A stretch of 64,000 nt of DNA. Source: the human T2T-CHM13v2.0 reference genome, Homo sapiens. Below, in pieces: positions 14,608-35,047 of this stretch. The stretch lies in NCBI RefSeq assembly GCF_009914755.1, contig NC_060926.1, one strand, 5' to 3'. Numbering within the stretch: position 1 is the stretch's first letter; the number at the start of each line of letters is the position of its first letter. The position numbers were made by a program, and so were the translations under genes. Below the pieces are notes generated by a model. It saw nothing but the letters and a program-made list of their open reading frames with translations. It did not search any database and had not been told where the DNA came from.

Positions 14608-16222
14608 TTAATATATAGATTGTTTATTTTATGCTATTTTTTTTGGTGGGGGGCGGGTAGGTCCAAAGACTTACAGAAGATACTGCAATTTAAACAAAAA
14701 CACCTTGCATACCAAAACTTAAAACAAATATAAGCTGGAAAGCTCTTTTCAAATATTTTAGCTATCCCATGTATAGAATAAAATTCTCTCTTAAATTCCT
14801 GCTCCTTTTCCTTCCTGTTTCTCAGCAAATTGATGTAGTTTTAGTGTTTGGTTCACTTCTCCCTCATCACTTAAAGTAACTTTGGGTTTTATGTTGTTTA
14901 AGGTTGAGCTTAAAGGACTTTGGTTACCACTTTAAAAAAATCTTCTGGTTTCAGAAATTAAGATATGCAGTTTTAAAAGCTATTCATTATTTGTCATATT
15001 ACTCCTAAAATTTTCCCCAAATGTGGATTGATTTTTTTAAAAAAACTTTTTCTGGCATTTTCATTTTAAGATACAAGTAGTATACCCTCCGCTTATTAAT
15101 GAGAGGGAGAGCAAGGATAAGTTAATCTTTACTCTTACTTGATAATGTTTGTTTTTATTGTTTAAAAGCAACAACAAAAGGATTACAGATAAATGCTTCA
15201 CTTTAAAATATTGACATTTCAAAGGTATCATTTGTCATTAAAGATTGTTTTAACATCACACACAACTTGTTCACTGGGCTATTCATTTGAAGAATTTGTT
15301 TCTTGAGATAGTATTTCTTGCCTATTCAAATAACAGGTAGTATTTTAGGATTTTAAAAAATTCCACTTAAGCCAGGGTTGGTTTTGATAGCCTCACTTCT
15401 CTGTATACAATTATGATTTGCTTTCTTAAAATTTATATTCTGAAGTTACAGTTATAAATGTATTCTGATTTCAATGGTATGATGTCTTGCAATTTTATTT
15501 AGAAAGTATAATTTGACTACTCTAGCCATATTATTTTTAGAAAAGTTGAGGTCCTTTTTCAAAATATGTTTTGAAGATGGAAATTCAAAATATTAGGGTC
15601 TTAAAATAGAATCACATATGAACCTGTGTGGTGAACATTAACCCATTGGTAGTCTCAACTTGAGACTGCATTTGAACTACACTTGTGAGTGATTTTTCTT
15701 AGCTTTTTGAGATAGCCAGGGCTTTCTGTATAAGTGCTAACATACTCCTTTGGTGACCTCCATTATTCCCAGATTATGCATCTTTCCTACACTTGCATTT
15801 TCAGTTGGGGATAGAATAGTGAGTGGAGTTACGGTCCAGCTCTGACTTAGGACTATGTTACATCTTTCTCATGCCTGAATTCACCTTCAGTTTGGGCCCA
15901 AGTGGGTCCAATTCCCATTGGAACTAGGACATTGCCTGTGGCCCTTGTGCTGCTCCCAGTTGAATGGGATACCTCAGCCCTAACTTTCTGGTTCAGATGT
16001 TTAGGAACATGGCTTGAACTTCTAGCAGTTTTCAGGTAGGTGGTTCCCTCATAAGAAGATACTAACTAAATCTGACTTATAAGGCTGGCCCACAATTTAA
16101 AAAACTAAAATTTTCTGTATATATTACATGATTTATCTTTATATTCTCTAGTTACAGTGGATCATATGCATAGTTGCATATTTTTATTTGGGAAATGTAT
16201 TTTGCTTATGATATGCTTACTA

Positions 16223-16624
<402 letters not shown>

Positions 16625-16934
16625 CTATTTAATTTTAATTGAATGTAATATCAAATAATCTAACCAGTGATCTGTTGGTGTGATGGCCTAATGGCAAATA
16701 AAGTCTTTGCATACAAGTTTATAATGATTTGAAAATCTCATGTTAGGAAGAGTCCTTTGAGTACAACTGTAGAGTAATAGTAGAGTAGAGATTGCATATG
16801 AAATGCATGGCCTCTAATTTTTTTCCCTTTATTTAAACCTTCCCCTCCTTTGTTATGTAGTGTAGCATATTATTTCCCAAAAGTGCCACTTTATTTCACT
16901 GCATACAAGTTGAGTTTTCCTTAAAATTTTTTAG

Positions 16935-17033
<99 letters not shown>

Positions 17034-17420
17034 TGAGTATATAAGTAGTAATTGAAAACCATTTCATGTAGTATTGTTTAAAAATGAAGCACAACATATT
17101 TAAATTATTTTTTGAATATTTGAAGAGAGAACATTTTCTTTGTAGGATTGTTGTTTGTGTGTATAACTTCCTCTTCTCTTGGGAAACACATTTTTATACT
17201 TCAGAAAGATTTGTTTAGAAATTGTTTTTCTAGTGAATTTTAAATTTGAGGTAAAATCCTAGCCCAAGTTCATAGTTTATTGTAAATTGCAGTCTAATTT
17301 TAATTCCTTTTCTTTCAGAAAATGTATATAGTCTTTTATATTACAGTTTAACTCCAACTATCCTTTTTAAGCTGTGTAGATTATAAAATTCTATAAAACT
17401 TATAAGAATATTGAGCTTCA

Positions 17421-17753
<333 letters not shown>

Positions 17754-18152
17754 CTAGAGTTGGGCTCTAGATTTGACTTTTGGCAAAAATGGCCAATTAA
17801 TGGAAAAGCTTGACTTTTTTCTTCTAGAGCATCGTATTATAAACTTGACTTACTGTGATTGAGATTTACGATTAGGTTGGCATTAGTATAGCCCAGAAGC
17901 CAGGTGATTAAAATTCTGTTTCAGCTGTGCTGTTACTTTATAATTCCTACATAGTCAGCTGCCAAGAATTCAGTTTTTTCATCTGTAAAAGGGGGGTAAT
18001 ATTTGTCCTCTATAAATTTTTCAAGGTCACTGTACCACAAATTGGATTTTTAAAAATGTGTAAGACAAAGACAAAATGTTTTGACAACCATTGGCTTTAT
18101 GATATATGCTAAACAAGTTTTTAATTGACAGTCTTGTTTTTGGCTTCCTCAG

Positions 18153-18240
18153 CACCACCACCATCACCACCACCACCACCACCACCACCACCACCACCAC
18201 CACCACCACCACCAACAACAACAACAAAACAACCACAAAC
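18153..18240. repeat. Compound (CAC)n(AAC)n microsatellite
   Basis: Directly visible. Confidence 0.97.
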
Positions 18241-18944
18241 CTTCAAAAAACCGAAACCCAATCAAGCACTGAATCAGGATAGGACCAAATGATTTGAGAT
18301 GTAGTGGAGGATAGTGCTGGAAGAGAGATAATAGGACAGTAGGAGACCAAAGAATAAAAATAAATTCCAACCAGGAATAGGATGACTTTATTAGGAGTGG
18401 ACAAAATAATTCTGCTTAGAGAGAGAGAAAATCTAGTGGATCAAACAAGATTTAAACTTCAAGGTAGAATGTAGATGGCATAGTAGTGTATAATGGTGCC
18501 AGGGGTCGGGGTAGAGAGATGAAGAGGAACTCTGTTTTTATTTTCCTATGTAAACATTTACATTTATATCATGTGTAGTGCCTTATGGATTTTGTTGGGT
18601 TTTAAGTCAAGATTGTTAGTAAGATAAGCTACTTAGTCCCCAGAAAGTCCCTAGAAGAATGAAACTTTGTGTTGTTTTCAAGTTTTGAAGATTTGCTCAT
18701 ATACCAATGTTTGTTTTCCTTGTATATTAGCAATGGTTCTGCAAGATCCTTGGGGACCAGAGTTGCTGAGGCCCACTCTGCTAGTTGATGGCTATAACCT
18801 GTTTTTCCACATAGTCTTTGCCTAGTCACCACATTTTGTTCCTTTGCTCCTTTTTTTTTTTAAAAAAAATCTTATTTGTGTCATTGCCTTCACTCTGTAG
18901 TTCTCAATTATCAAATAATTTTTACTTGGATGCAACAGAACTTA

Positions 18945-19239
18945 TTTTTTTGAGACAGAGTCTCACTGGAGTGCGGTTGTACAATATTGGCTCACTGCAA
19001 CCTCTGCCTTCTGTGCCCAGGCAATTCTCTTGCCTCCAGGCGATTCTCCTGCTTCAGCCTCCTGAGTAGCTGGGATTACAGGTGTGTGCCACCATTCCCA
19101 GCTAATTTTTGTATTTTTAGTAGAGATGGGGTTTTGCCATGTTGGCCAGGCTGGTCTCAAACTCCTGAGCTCAAGTGCTCTGCCTGCCCCGGCCTCCCGA
19201 AGTGCTGGGATTACAGGCATGAGCCACTGCACCCGGCTG
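18945..19239 (-). mobile_element. Alu with small internal tandem duplication
   Basis: Reverse consensus; caggc(a/g)attctc(t/c)tgc occurs twice near 19018-19055. Confidence 0.92.
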
Positions 19240-20528
19240 CAACAAAACATTTTTATTGCCTGGGAAAAATTGTCTGAAAATTAGATGTTGGAGAAATTAA
19301 TGTTTCCCATTTTATTGTTTAATATTTGCATTATAATTTAAGAGATGCTGGAACTTCCTTTTAGTATTTTAAATCCAAAGTCCTGACATTACTTTTTCCT
19401 CTTTTGACCCAAGATTTCATCCAGTGTCCCTTATTTTATTTTTAATTACCAATGTATGTATTTATGTAAGGAGACTTTGAAGGGTAGTAGAGTAAATTGC
19501 AAAGTGATCTCATGCAAAATCAGTGATCCATAACTTGAGTGCCCCAGGAAAGCAATAGTTAAAGGAACTCTGGGATCCATACATAAGTCAGTAGAGCAAC
19601 ATCATTTCAGGAAAAGAAAGGTTTTTAATTTTCACATCTTGATCAGTTCTTATTCTTTTAGTGACCAAGATCTCATCTACAATATGTCAATTGACTGTTT
19701 ATCATTGTCATAAAGAATTTGGAAACCTAAGTAGAAATGAGAACTAATTTAATAAACACTAATTTCCCCATGTGCATCCTGTTCCCTGTCATATTTCCTT
19801 TCTTCCTCTTTTCATCCTCTTTACGAGGAAATTTTGGGAAAAGGCGGGAAATATGTGTTAATAAAATCCAGTCTGGTTTGTATTTTACAGTTCAAAGTAA
19901 ATAATATAGAAAGGCTGTTGTGGTGGTCATTCCCTTCCCCCCACCTTTGTAAATGTTGAACTCTGAGGAAGGAAAGAGAAAAGAGATCAAGGTGAAAGTT
20001 GAGGGAGAAAGTGAGAACGGAAGATGAGATTAAAGTGTGTATTTTTGTATATAGATATACTTTAATTTCTGTATATTTGGTATATAGAAAGGGAAATGAG
20101 TTGTTATGGCTAGTATTGATCATCAGTGTGGGGGTTATAGATCCTAAATCTAGATTTGTAGTTCCTGTCTTTGAATATCTTTGGTTAGGGAGAGAAGGGA
20201 GAGGAGAATAATTAGTGCATTCATGAAGTACAGTTGGGAGACTTTAATATGATACTAAAAGAATTCCAACTCTTCTAAGAAGAGAGTAGGGTCTGGGAAA
20301 CATTGGCTTAAATGGTAGAGAACCTTTGTGCTCTTTGAGAATAAATGAACAAAATTGCATTAGCACAGGGAAATGAGGTTGGAGACTGAAAAATAACAAT
20401 ATTCACCAAAACCCTAATGGTGGAGAAGTGATACATTAGTAAAGACTGAAATTGGTAGCTGGGTTATGTTAAAACACATTTCCTATCTCTGATTACAAAT
20501 TGTATCTCAACTGCTGGCAACTCTTTGA

Positions 20529-20798
<270 letters not shown>

Positions 20799-21317
20799 TA
20801 AATCTCTCATTTTCCAAGCACTAAGTTCTTTTCCTCACTCTATTCTCCCAAACCTCATCTGATTTCACCTCTCTCTCCTCATGTTCTGATTCAACTTTGA
20901 GCAGTCAGGAAGTTGATAAAGAACAGACATCTCAAAGTGCAGACTTCTCTCCAAGTTTTAAGAGTTCAGTTGATCTGGAAAAAAAATTATGGACCAAATG
21001 TGGGAAATGTCAGGTTGTTTTTTGGTGGAACTTTACAGATGAAAAACTATACATAATAAAACATTAATATGGGATAGTACATCAGAGTATGATTATTAAT
21101 TAAAATTACTCAAATCTGTTTAGGAAAATGTTTTTGTTTTATTATAAAAGAAGTTTCTTCAGATAGGCATTAAACTGGAATATAAAAAGGCAATATTTAT
21201 TGTTTTAATGTGTTAAACCTCAACATTTATCACTTGTATTTATGGATAATTTTTTCAAAATGTGGTCAAAACAAGCTTATTGAACTCAGTTTTCCCCTCA
21301 ACTTTATTAATAAGTAA

Positions 21318-21384
<67 letters not shown>
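21318..21384. repeat. (TA)n(CA)n microsatellite
   Basis: Directly visible, ~170 nt upstream of exon 21555. Confidence 0.97.
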
Positions 21385-21385
<1 letters not shown>

Positions 21386-21504
21386 TTTTTTTTAACCTGT
21401 CACTGACTTGGAGCTCAAGGAAATTTTATTTTGAAGTGGTACGCTTTTGAATTACCTTTATTGTAGCTACATTCATCTCAGAAAATGTCGGGAAGTGCTG
21501 ATGA

Positions 21505-21741
<237 letters not shown>

Positions 21742-22592
21742 TAATTATGGTGGGCTTTCTTCGTAATCAGGATTTTTTTTCTTTAGGAATCATAAATATT
21801 GGGAAGTCTATATATTTGTTATTTGTAAGCAAGTGATTTGTAAGTGTTTGCTCACTTTGCACTTCTCTTTATGCCTTTGGTGATGTGGCTCAGTTGCTGC
21901 TTTGAGGTTTCAGATCACACTTTGTTATGAGTACAAGTTTAATTCCAGCTAGTGTTATGACAGTGCAGTCTTTGGACACAGTGGGAACTCAGTGTGAGAA
22001 CCATATTAGTAACAAAGGATTGGGCAGATATAAAAAGTAGTTTTGACAGTTAAATTTAGTGGCTGTATTGGAATTTAGTAGTCTCTGAAAATACTACCCT
22101 CTTTTCTCTGAAACAGAAAAATCTGCTTATTTGATTCGAGGAGATACACACTTAAAACTTAGTTTTGAAAACGTGACACAAAATACATTAATAGAATGTT
22201 ACATACTTAATTTACTTATAGTAACAAGTAGATAATGCCTTTTAAAAATCATAAAGATTTGTGTTTTAAAAAAAATTTTTAATCTGATAATATGGAATAT
22301 GTCTATTTTCTGATTTGTGTAATTCAAAATGGAAAACTGTTGTTTTTTAGTGTATTATGTTAGTTTTGTATACTATATACAGAATGTTATGCTAAAAATA
22401 ACAATACGAAGGGAACACTTTTCTTCTGGAGTAGTGCTTTCAATTGAAAAGGAATGTTTGTTTTTAATGAATTGAAAAAATCTGCACATTACCCTGAGCA
22501 TCTTGAATTATTTGCTGCTTATATAGTAATCCTTTAGCATAAGTTTTATTCTTTTTTTCAACTCTGTTCTTTTGGTTAGTGTTAAGCACTGA

Positions 22593-22931
<339 letters not shown>

Positions 22932-23522
22932 TGATTTTTGTTTGTTTTTGGTTTTGTTGTACTTCGTATTAAAAAAAAATAAGAATAATGTACTAACCAG
23001 AAAGTATGTGACCAAAGATTAGCATTTCCTGAGAAAATTGAGGTAAAGTTTCTCATACATTTTTCCAATAGGGTAGCATAAATTTGTGTTTTTTTATTGC
23101 TTGAATTTCATTTATTAGAGATTTTTAAGTTTAATATGGAGCTACCTTCTATACAGTTTTTGGAAATTATCATTAGAAATATTTTCATTATAGGTTAAGT
23201 GATTAACAAAAGTCTATTACAATAATTCTAAGGTATATTTTATAGGAAATATTTGATACAACAAATGGAAAGCCTCTGTAAGTCTATTTTTAACAGAATC
23301 TGTTGCTTATTATAGCAGCATTGGAAACTCATAGACAATGGACTTTTAAAGAATTTCAGGTTTATTTAAGTTGGCTGGTGTTTTAAAATTGCAATCTAAA
23401 ATCTGTTTTGATTGGGGAGGAGATAGACTCAATTGCTACGAAATATATTTGTAGAGTTAATGATGCTGGCTAGTAACAGGTTCTTGTCTGCTATAAAATG
23501 TATGTGTTTGGACATATATCAC

Positions 23523-23926
23523 TGTATTAGTCTGTTCTCACATTGCTATAAATACCTGAGACTGGGTAATTTATGCAGAAAAGAGGTTTAATTGGCTAAC
23601 GGTTCTTCAGGCTGTACAGGAAGCATGATAGTGGCATCTGCTTGGCTTCTGGGGAGGCCTCAGGAAACTTACACTCATGGCCTAAGGCAGAGGGGAAGCA
23701 CACTGGTCACGTGGCCAGAGTAGGAGCAAGAGGACAAGGCGGGAGGTGCTACACACTTTTAAACAACCAGATCTCATTATTGCAAGAACAGCTCCAAGGG
23801 GGATGGTGTTAAACCATGAGAAACCGCCCTTGTGATCCAGTCACCTCCCCCTAGGCCCCACCTCCAACATTGGGGATTACAATTCAACATGAGATTTGGG
23901 CAGGGACACAGATTCAAAGCATATCA
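23523..23926 (-). mobile_element. MST-family (ERVL-MaLR) solo LTR
   Basis: TG...CA ends; MSTA-like body; 5-bp TSD atcac at 23518-23522 and 23927-23931. Confidence 0.9.
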
Positions 23927-24439
23927 ATCACCGTAGTGTTCCACTTGCCAGTGAAGAACTTCATGGCATTTATATTCAGCTTTGCTGTTATACATGTTAA
24001 ACATATATAAGATCTTTACATGTTTTAAAAGACACTTTTAGCCAAAATGGATTTTGGGTGATGTCTTGTGGGATTCCTTCTATATGACTTTTAAAGAAAA
24101 GCTTTCTGCAGTAGATAAATGTAAACATGGGGTGTTTTTTGATCCAGATACAACTGTTAGGCCAAACTAACTAGTTAAATATAGGAATCTCGTTATGCTC
24201 CTGCTTTGATAAAGAATGCATCAGAAAGGACAAATCACCCCCAACTGAGAGTCTATGTTTTAGTAATTAAATATTAATTGAATAACAGGTGCCTGGCTCA
24301 GTGTTCACTAAATAAACATTTGTTATGTGAGGGGATAATTAACTGTGGTTTTTAAAACAAAAAGCAAGGTAAATGTCTTATTAATAATTTATATCAGGAT
24401 AGTCTGTTTTATACAGTACCTGAGTTACCAAGCAATTGT

Positions 24440-25915
<1,476 letters not shown>

Positions 25916-25978
25916 TAGGTATATATATTTTTAAAACCCCAAATGGTAAATCGACTCATTAATAGTGTGAATAGTGTC

Positions 25979-26285
25979 TTTTTTTTTTTTTTTTTTTTTT
26001 TTTGAGACAGAGTCTCACTCTGTCACCCAGGCTGGAATACAGTGGCAATCTCGGCCCACTGCAATCTCCGCTGCCTGGATTCAAGTGATTCTCCTGCCGT
26101 AGCCTCCTGAGGAGCTGGGATTACAAGTGTGAGCCACCACACCCAGCTAATTTTTTGTATTTTTAATGGAGACAAAGTTTCACCGTGTTGGTCAGGCTGG
26201 TCTTGAACTCCTGATCTGAAATGATCCACCCGCCTCCACCTCCCATAGTACTGTGATTAAAGGCCTGAGCCACCATGCCCAGCCC
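25979..26285 (-). mobile_element. Alu (AluS-like)
   Basis: Reverse consensus. Confidence 0.93.
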
Positions 26286-27089
26286 ATGTGAGGTTTTAGA
26301 CTAGATCTAACTATATAAAATTCATAATGATGTTAATCCAGATGTTTTTAACTTGATCGTAGGTTTGTATTAGTTTGCTATAGATTAATTACTGAAATGC
26401 TAATTGTATTCAGTGGTTCAAATAACTAAATATGCCTTTTAAATCATAGTTTATATGTTTTCATTTTTATCATGGTTACAGAGGCTTCTCAGTTGATAGT
26501 GGATTATGTTTAAGCTTGAGTGCTTAAGTTTTTGATACACATGTAAGATGTTTAAATGTTATAACAAGCCTTGAGTGCTCTTATAATCCTTATATGACTC
26601 CATATGAATCTAAGCTTGGTAAACTTTCAGCTCCTGTAGAACAATTTTAGTCATATAAAACCATTTTATAATCATAGACAAGATGAAAAATTGTCAAAGT
26701 GTTGTTTTCCTCTAATACTTTTAATTAAAATTACCAAGAAGATAGTCTCATATTAAGGTAGAATAAAGATGGTAAGACTCAGCTGAGAAATATGAAGCCT
26801 GGAAGAGGATATGACTGCAGTGTTTGATCATGAAGATTTCAACAAATCAAGCATTCATCAAATTCCATATTACATAAGTCTTATCTCACTGTGTTTCAAG
26901 TAGTTTATTTTAGAATTTAAAAAATTTCAGGATAACCTTAGGCACAAATGGATAGATGAGTGTGCCAGGTATCATCTGTTCCTCCAGTCCCCCCTCCTCT
27001 ACTCTCCCCTCTTCTCCAGTAGGCTGACCTCCATGAAATGTTTCAATGGATTCTTTTGCCCTCTGGCTTCCTGTTGGGTTTAGCAAAAG

Positions 27090-27302
27090 TGTTTTTTTTT
27101 TCTTTTTCACTTATCTCCTCCTTTTCTCCCTTTCTCTTTCTCCTTTCCTTTCCCCTCTGCTATCCTCTTGCCCTCCTCCACCTTCATCTCCTCCTCCTCT
27201 ACCTTCCTGTCCCCTTTCCGCTTTCTTCTCCACCTGCTTATTTCTCCGCCTCCTCTTCTCTCTTGCCCTCCCCTTCTCCCTTGTCTGCTATTGTGCTCTC
27301 TC
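27090..27302. repeat. CT-rich low-complexity tract
   Basis: Almost purely pyrimidine on the + strand. Confidence 0.9.
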
Positions 27303-27925
27303 ATGGGTGCTGTGGTGCTCTGTCTGTAAGAAAAAGTTCTCAGCTTAATGTAGGTGGGAGTGCAGTCAAGGTAAAGTTTAGGGAGTGGATTATATTATTA
27401 GGAAACTGATGGATTATGGAATCATGTCTCCAGTTGACATTAGCTGTGGAAGAACTCTCAAGAGAGCAAAATACAGTGAAATTGATGATAACTATATATG
27501 GACTTAGGGATGATATTAAAAATAAGATATATTTTGACCCTCTTTTTATATCTTAATTTTTTTCATGATTGTAAATTTTTTAGATTTTAATTTTAAGACA
27601 AAGTAATGTAGCTTTCGTGGTAGATTTTTTTGATTAAAAGAAAGAAATGTTTGATTTGGAATTACGTCATTTAACCTTTTGTTGAAATACTTCATTTTCC
27701 TTTAACCATACTTTTTTGCTACCTTACGTTTATTATTATTTATTATTTTGGAATAAGACTGTGTGTCAAACATTTTTTCTCTTGCTTTCCCAAACATCAT
27801 TCTTGTCGATTTTAGTTTTCAGTGTTCAGTGGCTGTATTTTGGGGGTGGAGTAGATAAATTTTAATTAATTGTGATGATTTTGAAACCCCATCAGATTTT
27901 TAATTTAGTGAAATAATAGTGTTAA

Positions 27926-28231
<306 letters not shown>

Positions 28232-28425
28232 TAATTAGTAAACTATTTAGACATAACTTTCCAAACTTAATCATATTTTTGTTTGCTTTTCTGCTTTTGT
28301 ACTCTGATATAATATCAGCGAACAATAACTCACCTTGCATTGTATATTTCAGATACCAGTTAAACTAGCTGTTATTTTTAATTCTTAAGATTTAGGCATT
28401 GTACATAAAGTATTTAATGATCTGA

Positions 28426-28632
<207 letters not shown>

Positions 28633-29631
28633 TAGTTTTTTTGTTTTTTTGCATTCTATAGAATGTATTTAATTAAAAACCTTCAACTACAAAAAACCCT
28701 TAATTACAAATAGTGCATGGTAGGTGGTTAGCACCATTTGTTGAATGAATGGGAGAATGAATGAATTGTAGGTTGTTAATACTGTATCTTTCAATTCTTT
28801 AAAAAAAAATCAGTATGTGATTTCCACGTAAAGTCATACAACTTAGTTTTTCTGAGCAGAATTTTTTTGAATATTTTAGTGGTTATTTGCTTTTTAAAAT
28901 AACATTGTGGTGAATGGTATTTCCTTTTTATTTAATCAGACATCCTTACTTTTAAATAACAAATAATGAAAGTTGTGTGCACATGAACAGAATTTAGAAG
29001 TGGCAAAGGAAAAGAGAACATTTTTGAAGCTACTTTGTGCTAGGGAATTATACTAGCTTATACAATTCTCATACCAAACCCATGGTGGAAAAACTAGGAA
29101 TTGGGTAAATTGAATCAGATATAATAATTACACTAAATAATCGGTTGTATCATGCATGCAGAATAACTAATCTGGAACATATTTAATAATTATTATTTTG
29201 TTTACTCCCCAGAGAGGGCAAGAACAAATATTAGACACCATGGCTATTGTGGACATGGTATGTCAACTTACTGCTTTTTTCTGTATTTTTGCCAGGAAGC
29301 CAGTAAGCCTATGTGTGAACACCTCTCATACTGGGTTCAACTCATTCCATTTTTGATAAGCCTTGAATTTTATGGAGCTGCAGTTTGTCTCTGTGGCTGT
29401 GACCTATAGTGATATTCTTTGAAAGAGTCTTGCAGAAGAAATTTGATCCTCCAACATAAACACTTAATTTAAATAATGTTTTTATATTATCTCATTTGAT
29501 TCTTAGAATCACGTACAAAATAAGATTGGTGATCATTTTCTTATATATCTTATAGGTAAGGAAAATGAGGCTGAGGTGATGGTCAGGTTAGGATTTGAAC
29601 TTAGGTTTTCTGACTCTAAGTTCCATGTTCT

Positions 29632-30046
<415 letters not shown>

Positions 30047-30347
30047 TGAAAAGATGTGATATAAAGTGCATGAAAGCCTGAGACCTTGTCAGTCTTTTAT
30101 ACAGTTACATCCTGGAATATTGCTCAGGAACTGTTTGTTGAATGCCAAATGAATCCCTTGTTCATTTTTCCAAATCCCTTCACTGTTCTGGGTCCCTCTC
30201 GTAAATTAAGTGCTGTATCTGTAGTCCATCCAGTGCAAACCATAGTGTGAATACCAACTGCCTTAATTGATATATACTTCCCTTCTATCTTTTATCACGT
30301 TTAGTGTTTTTGGCTATGCCATTCTTTTTAAATCATTCTGAACTTAA

Positions 30348-30819
<472 letters not shown>

Positions 30820-31311
30820 TAGGTAGAATTTATTTGAAGGCTGTTTAAGCACATATTTAAATGCATTTTATAATACATACTTCAATAGTTTCTTTGTAAA
30901 TCTGATTTTCAAATGCTTGAAAGTATATGTTAAAGTAAAAAGATCCCCACTTTATGGAATGATTTTAATGAAAAGTATTTTTCTCACTCATGGAAGTAAG
31001 GTGAATTGGGATTGTTAGGCTTTCTGTGTAATGTGTGAGTCAATTTAGTTGTGCTTTTTTGTTTTTCTGTACTCTGCTCTATTAAGTTCTGCCTTTCATC
31101 TCCAGGGATTTGATAACTGTTTAAAGTGGGTGGCCACAGCATTGTTAGTTGGTTAATCAGAGTACTTTTTGTAAACTAATTTTTTTTTAACTAAACCATT
31201 TTCTTGGAAAAGCTCTTTTTGCAAGACTTAATGATTTGTGAATCAGTGTTCTAAGGCTGTTAGATGTACTTTTATTTTATATTCATTAGAATATTATTTA
31301 TGAGTCAAGCA

Positions 31312-31461
31312 CTGTGGCAGGTGCCTGCAGTCCCAGCTCCTCAGGAGGCTGAGGCAGAACGATTGGTTGAACCTAGGAGATGGAAGTTTCAGTGAGCCGA
31401 GATTGTGCCACTGTACTCCAGCCTGGGCAACAGAGTGAGACCCTGTCTCAAAAAAAAAAAA
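31312..31461 (+). mobile_element. Alu right-arm fragment
   Basis: Right monomer with A tail. Confidence 0.88.
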
Positions 31462-32539
31462 TTATGTAAGTCTCCTGTATTACTCCCAGTAGCCCTGCAA
31501 TTGTCCCTATTTTTTTCATATTTACAATGAGAATATTTGTTGTGCTTTCTCAAGTAACTAATTCTCTGATTTAACAAAAATGATCTGAAGTGTGTGTTTT
31601 ATGAGCTTTTTTTTTGGGGGGGTAATTGGAGTCTTGCTGTGGTTGCATGCTTCTGAGGAAGTGAGCTGACAATCTTTGGAAGGTTTCATGTGAATATAAA
31701 TTCAGTGGGGTTCTGTGAGGTGTAAATCTAGCAGTGCTGTTACTATATTTGTTAATGTACAATTTGATCTGAGTTTGAAAAAGGGCAATTATAACATAGG
31801 AGTTAAAATATGGAACACCCAGTGTCTAGTGCCAAGTCTTAGGAGCACAATAATTGTTTTTTTCATGAGATTATTTCAGAAACAAGTTATTGAAAGGAAA
31901 GGAACCCTTTGATCAGGGCATAACTGAAATCCCTTTGGTTCTCATTATTTCTTAATCTAATCCAGCCAATGAAATAGGAATACCAATTTATCATTAATCT
32001 TGCCAGTGGTAAGGAGGGGGTCATAGAAACACATAGGGCTAATTATGAGTTAACAGTCTCTACTTTAAATGTAAATATGAAACACCTTGGTGGTCAAGAA
32101 GAATATACATATATCTACATGTGAGTATGTATACATATACTTACATAAGCCTTGTTTGTTAAGGAATCAGTAATGTAGCATGTAAGTATTGAAGACTTTA
32201 GGAGAAAGTAGCCTGTATTTTACTGCTCATATTTTCTTAAAAGCTTTTGAAAAAATCTAGTTCATAAAGTGAATGTTGGTTCCAAGAGATGTGTCTATAT
32301 ATAGTTCTATGAGATATAGGAGTTTCTGAATGGGTATGCTGTTTCACAAAGAGAAAGTGTCAGGCTTAGTAACCCCTGAATGGTTTTAAAAGCCACTAAA
32401 AAAATAGGAAACAATGTTGGGATGGTGCTGTTCCAAAATAAAAAGCCATTTCACATATTCTCTAAATGATTTGTGAAGTTACAGCATCACCATAAATGTC
32501 TAAAACGTCTAGAAGAATACTGATGTGTTGGGGCTTTAG

Positions 32540-33959
<1,420 letters not shown>

Positions 33960-34025
33960 AATTTTTGAACATGCCTTAGACTAGCTTTGAAAAAAGTCTA
34001 ACTTGTTACCAAGTCATTCTTTTAA

Positions 34026-34491
<466 letters not shown>

Positions 34492-34732
34492 TAATCATTC
34501 TTTTTTAGCTGAGTACCAAAAGGTCATTTTTTATATTTGGTAGAGAAACAGTGACTGAAGTGGGAAATTTCCCACTTTTCTGTTACACGGAAGGTTAGGT
34601 TACATGCCAACAGAAGAGGAGCATTTCATCTTGGATGTGAACATGTGCCTTGTCTCTACTCTTCTAGTGCCAGTTGCTGCCTGCTACTGTTTCTCAGTTT
34701 TATCTTTTTTGTCTATGCTACCTTCTCCTTTC

Positions 34733-35047
<315 letters not shown>

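Noticed and set aside
18027-18370. Poly-Val and poly-Trp ORFs
   Set aside because: (CAC)n microsatellite translations
27038-27409. Overlapping Ser/Leu/Pro-rich ORFs
   Set aside because: Low-complexity pyrimidine tract that lacks stop codons
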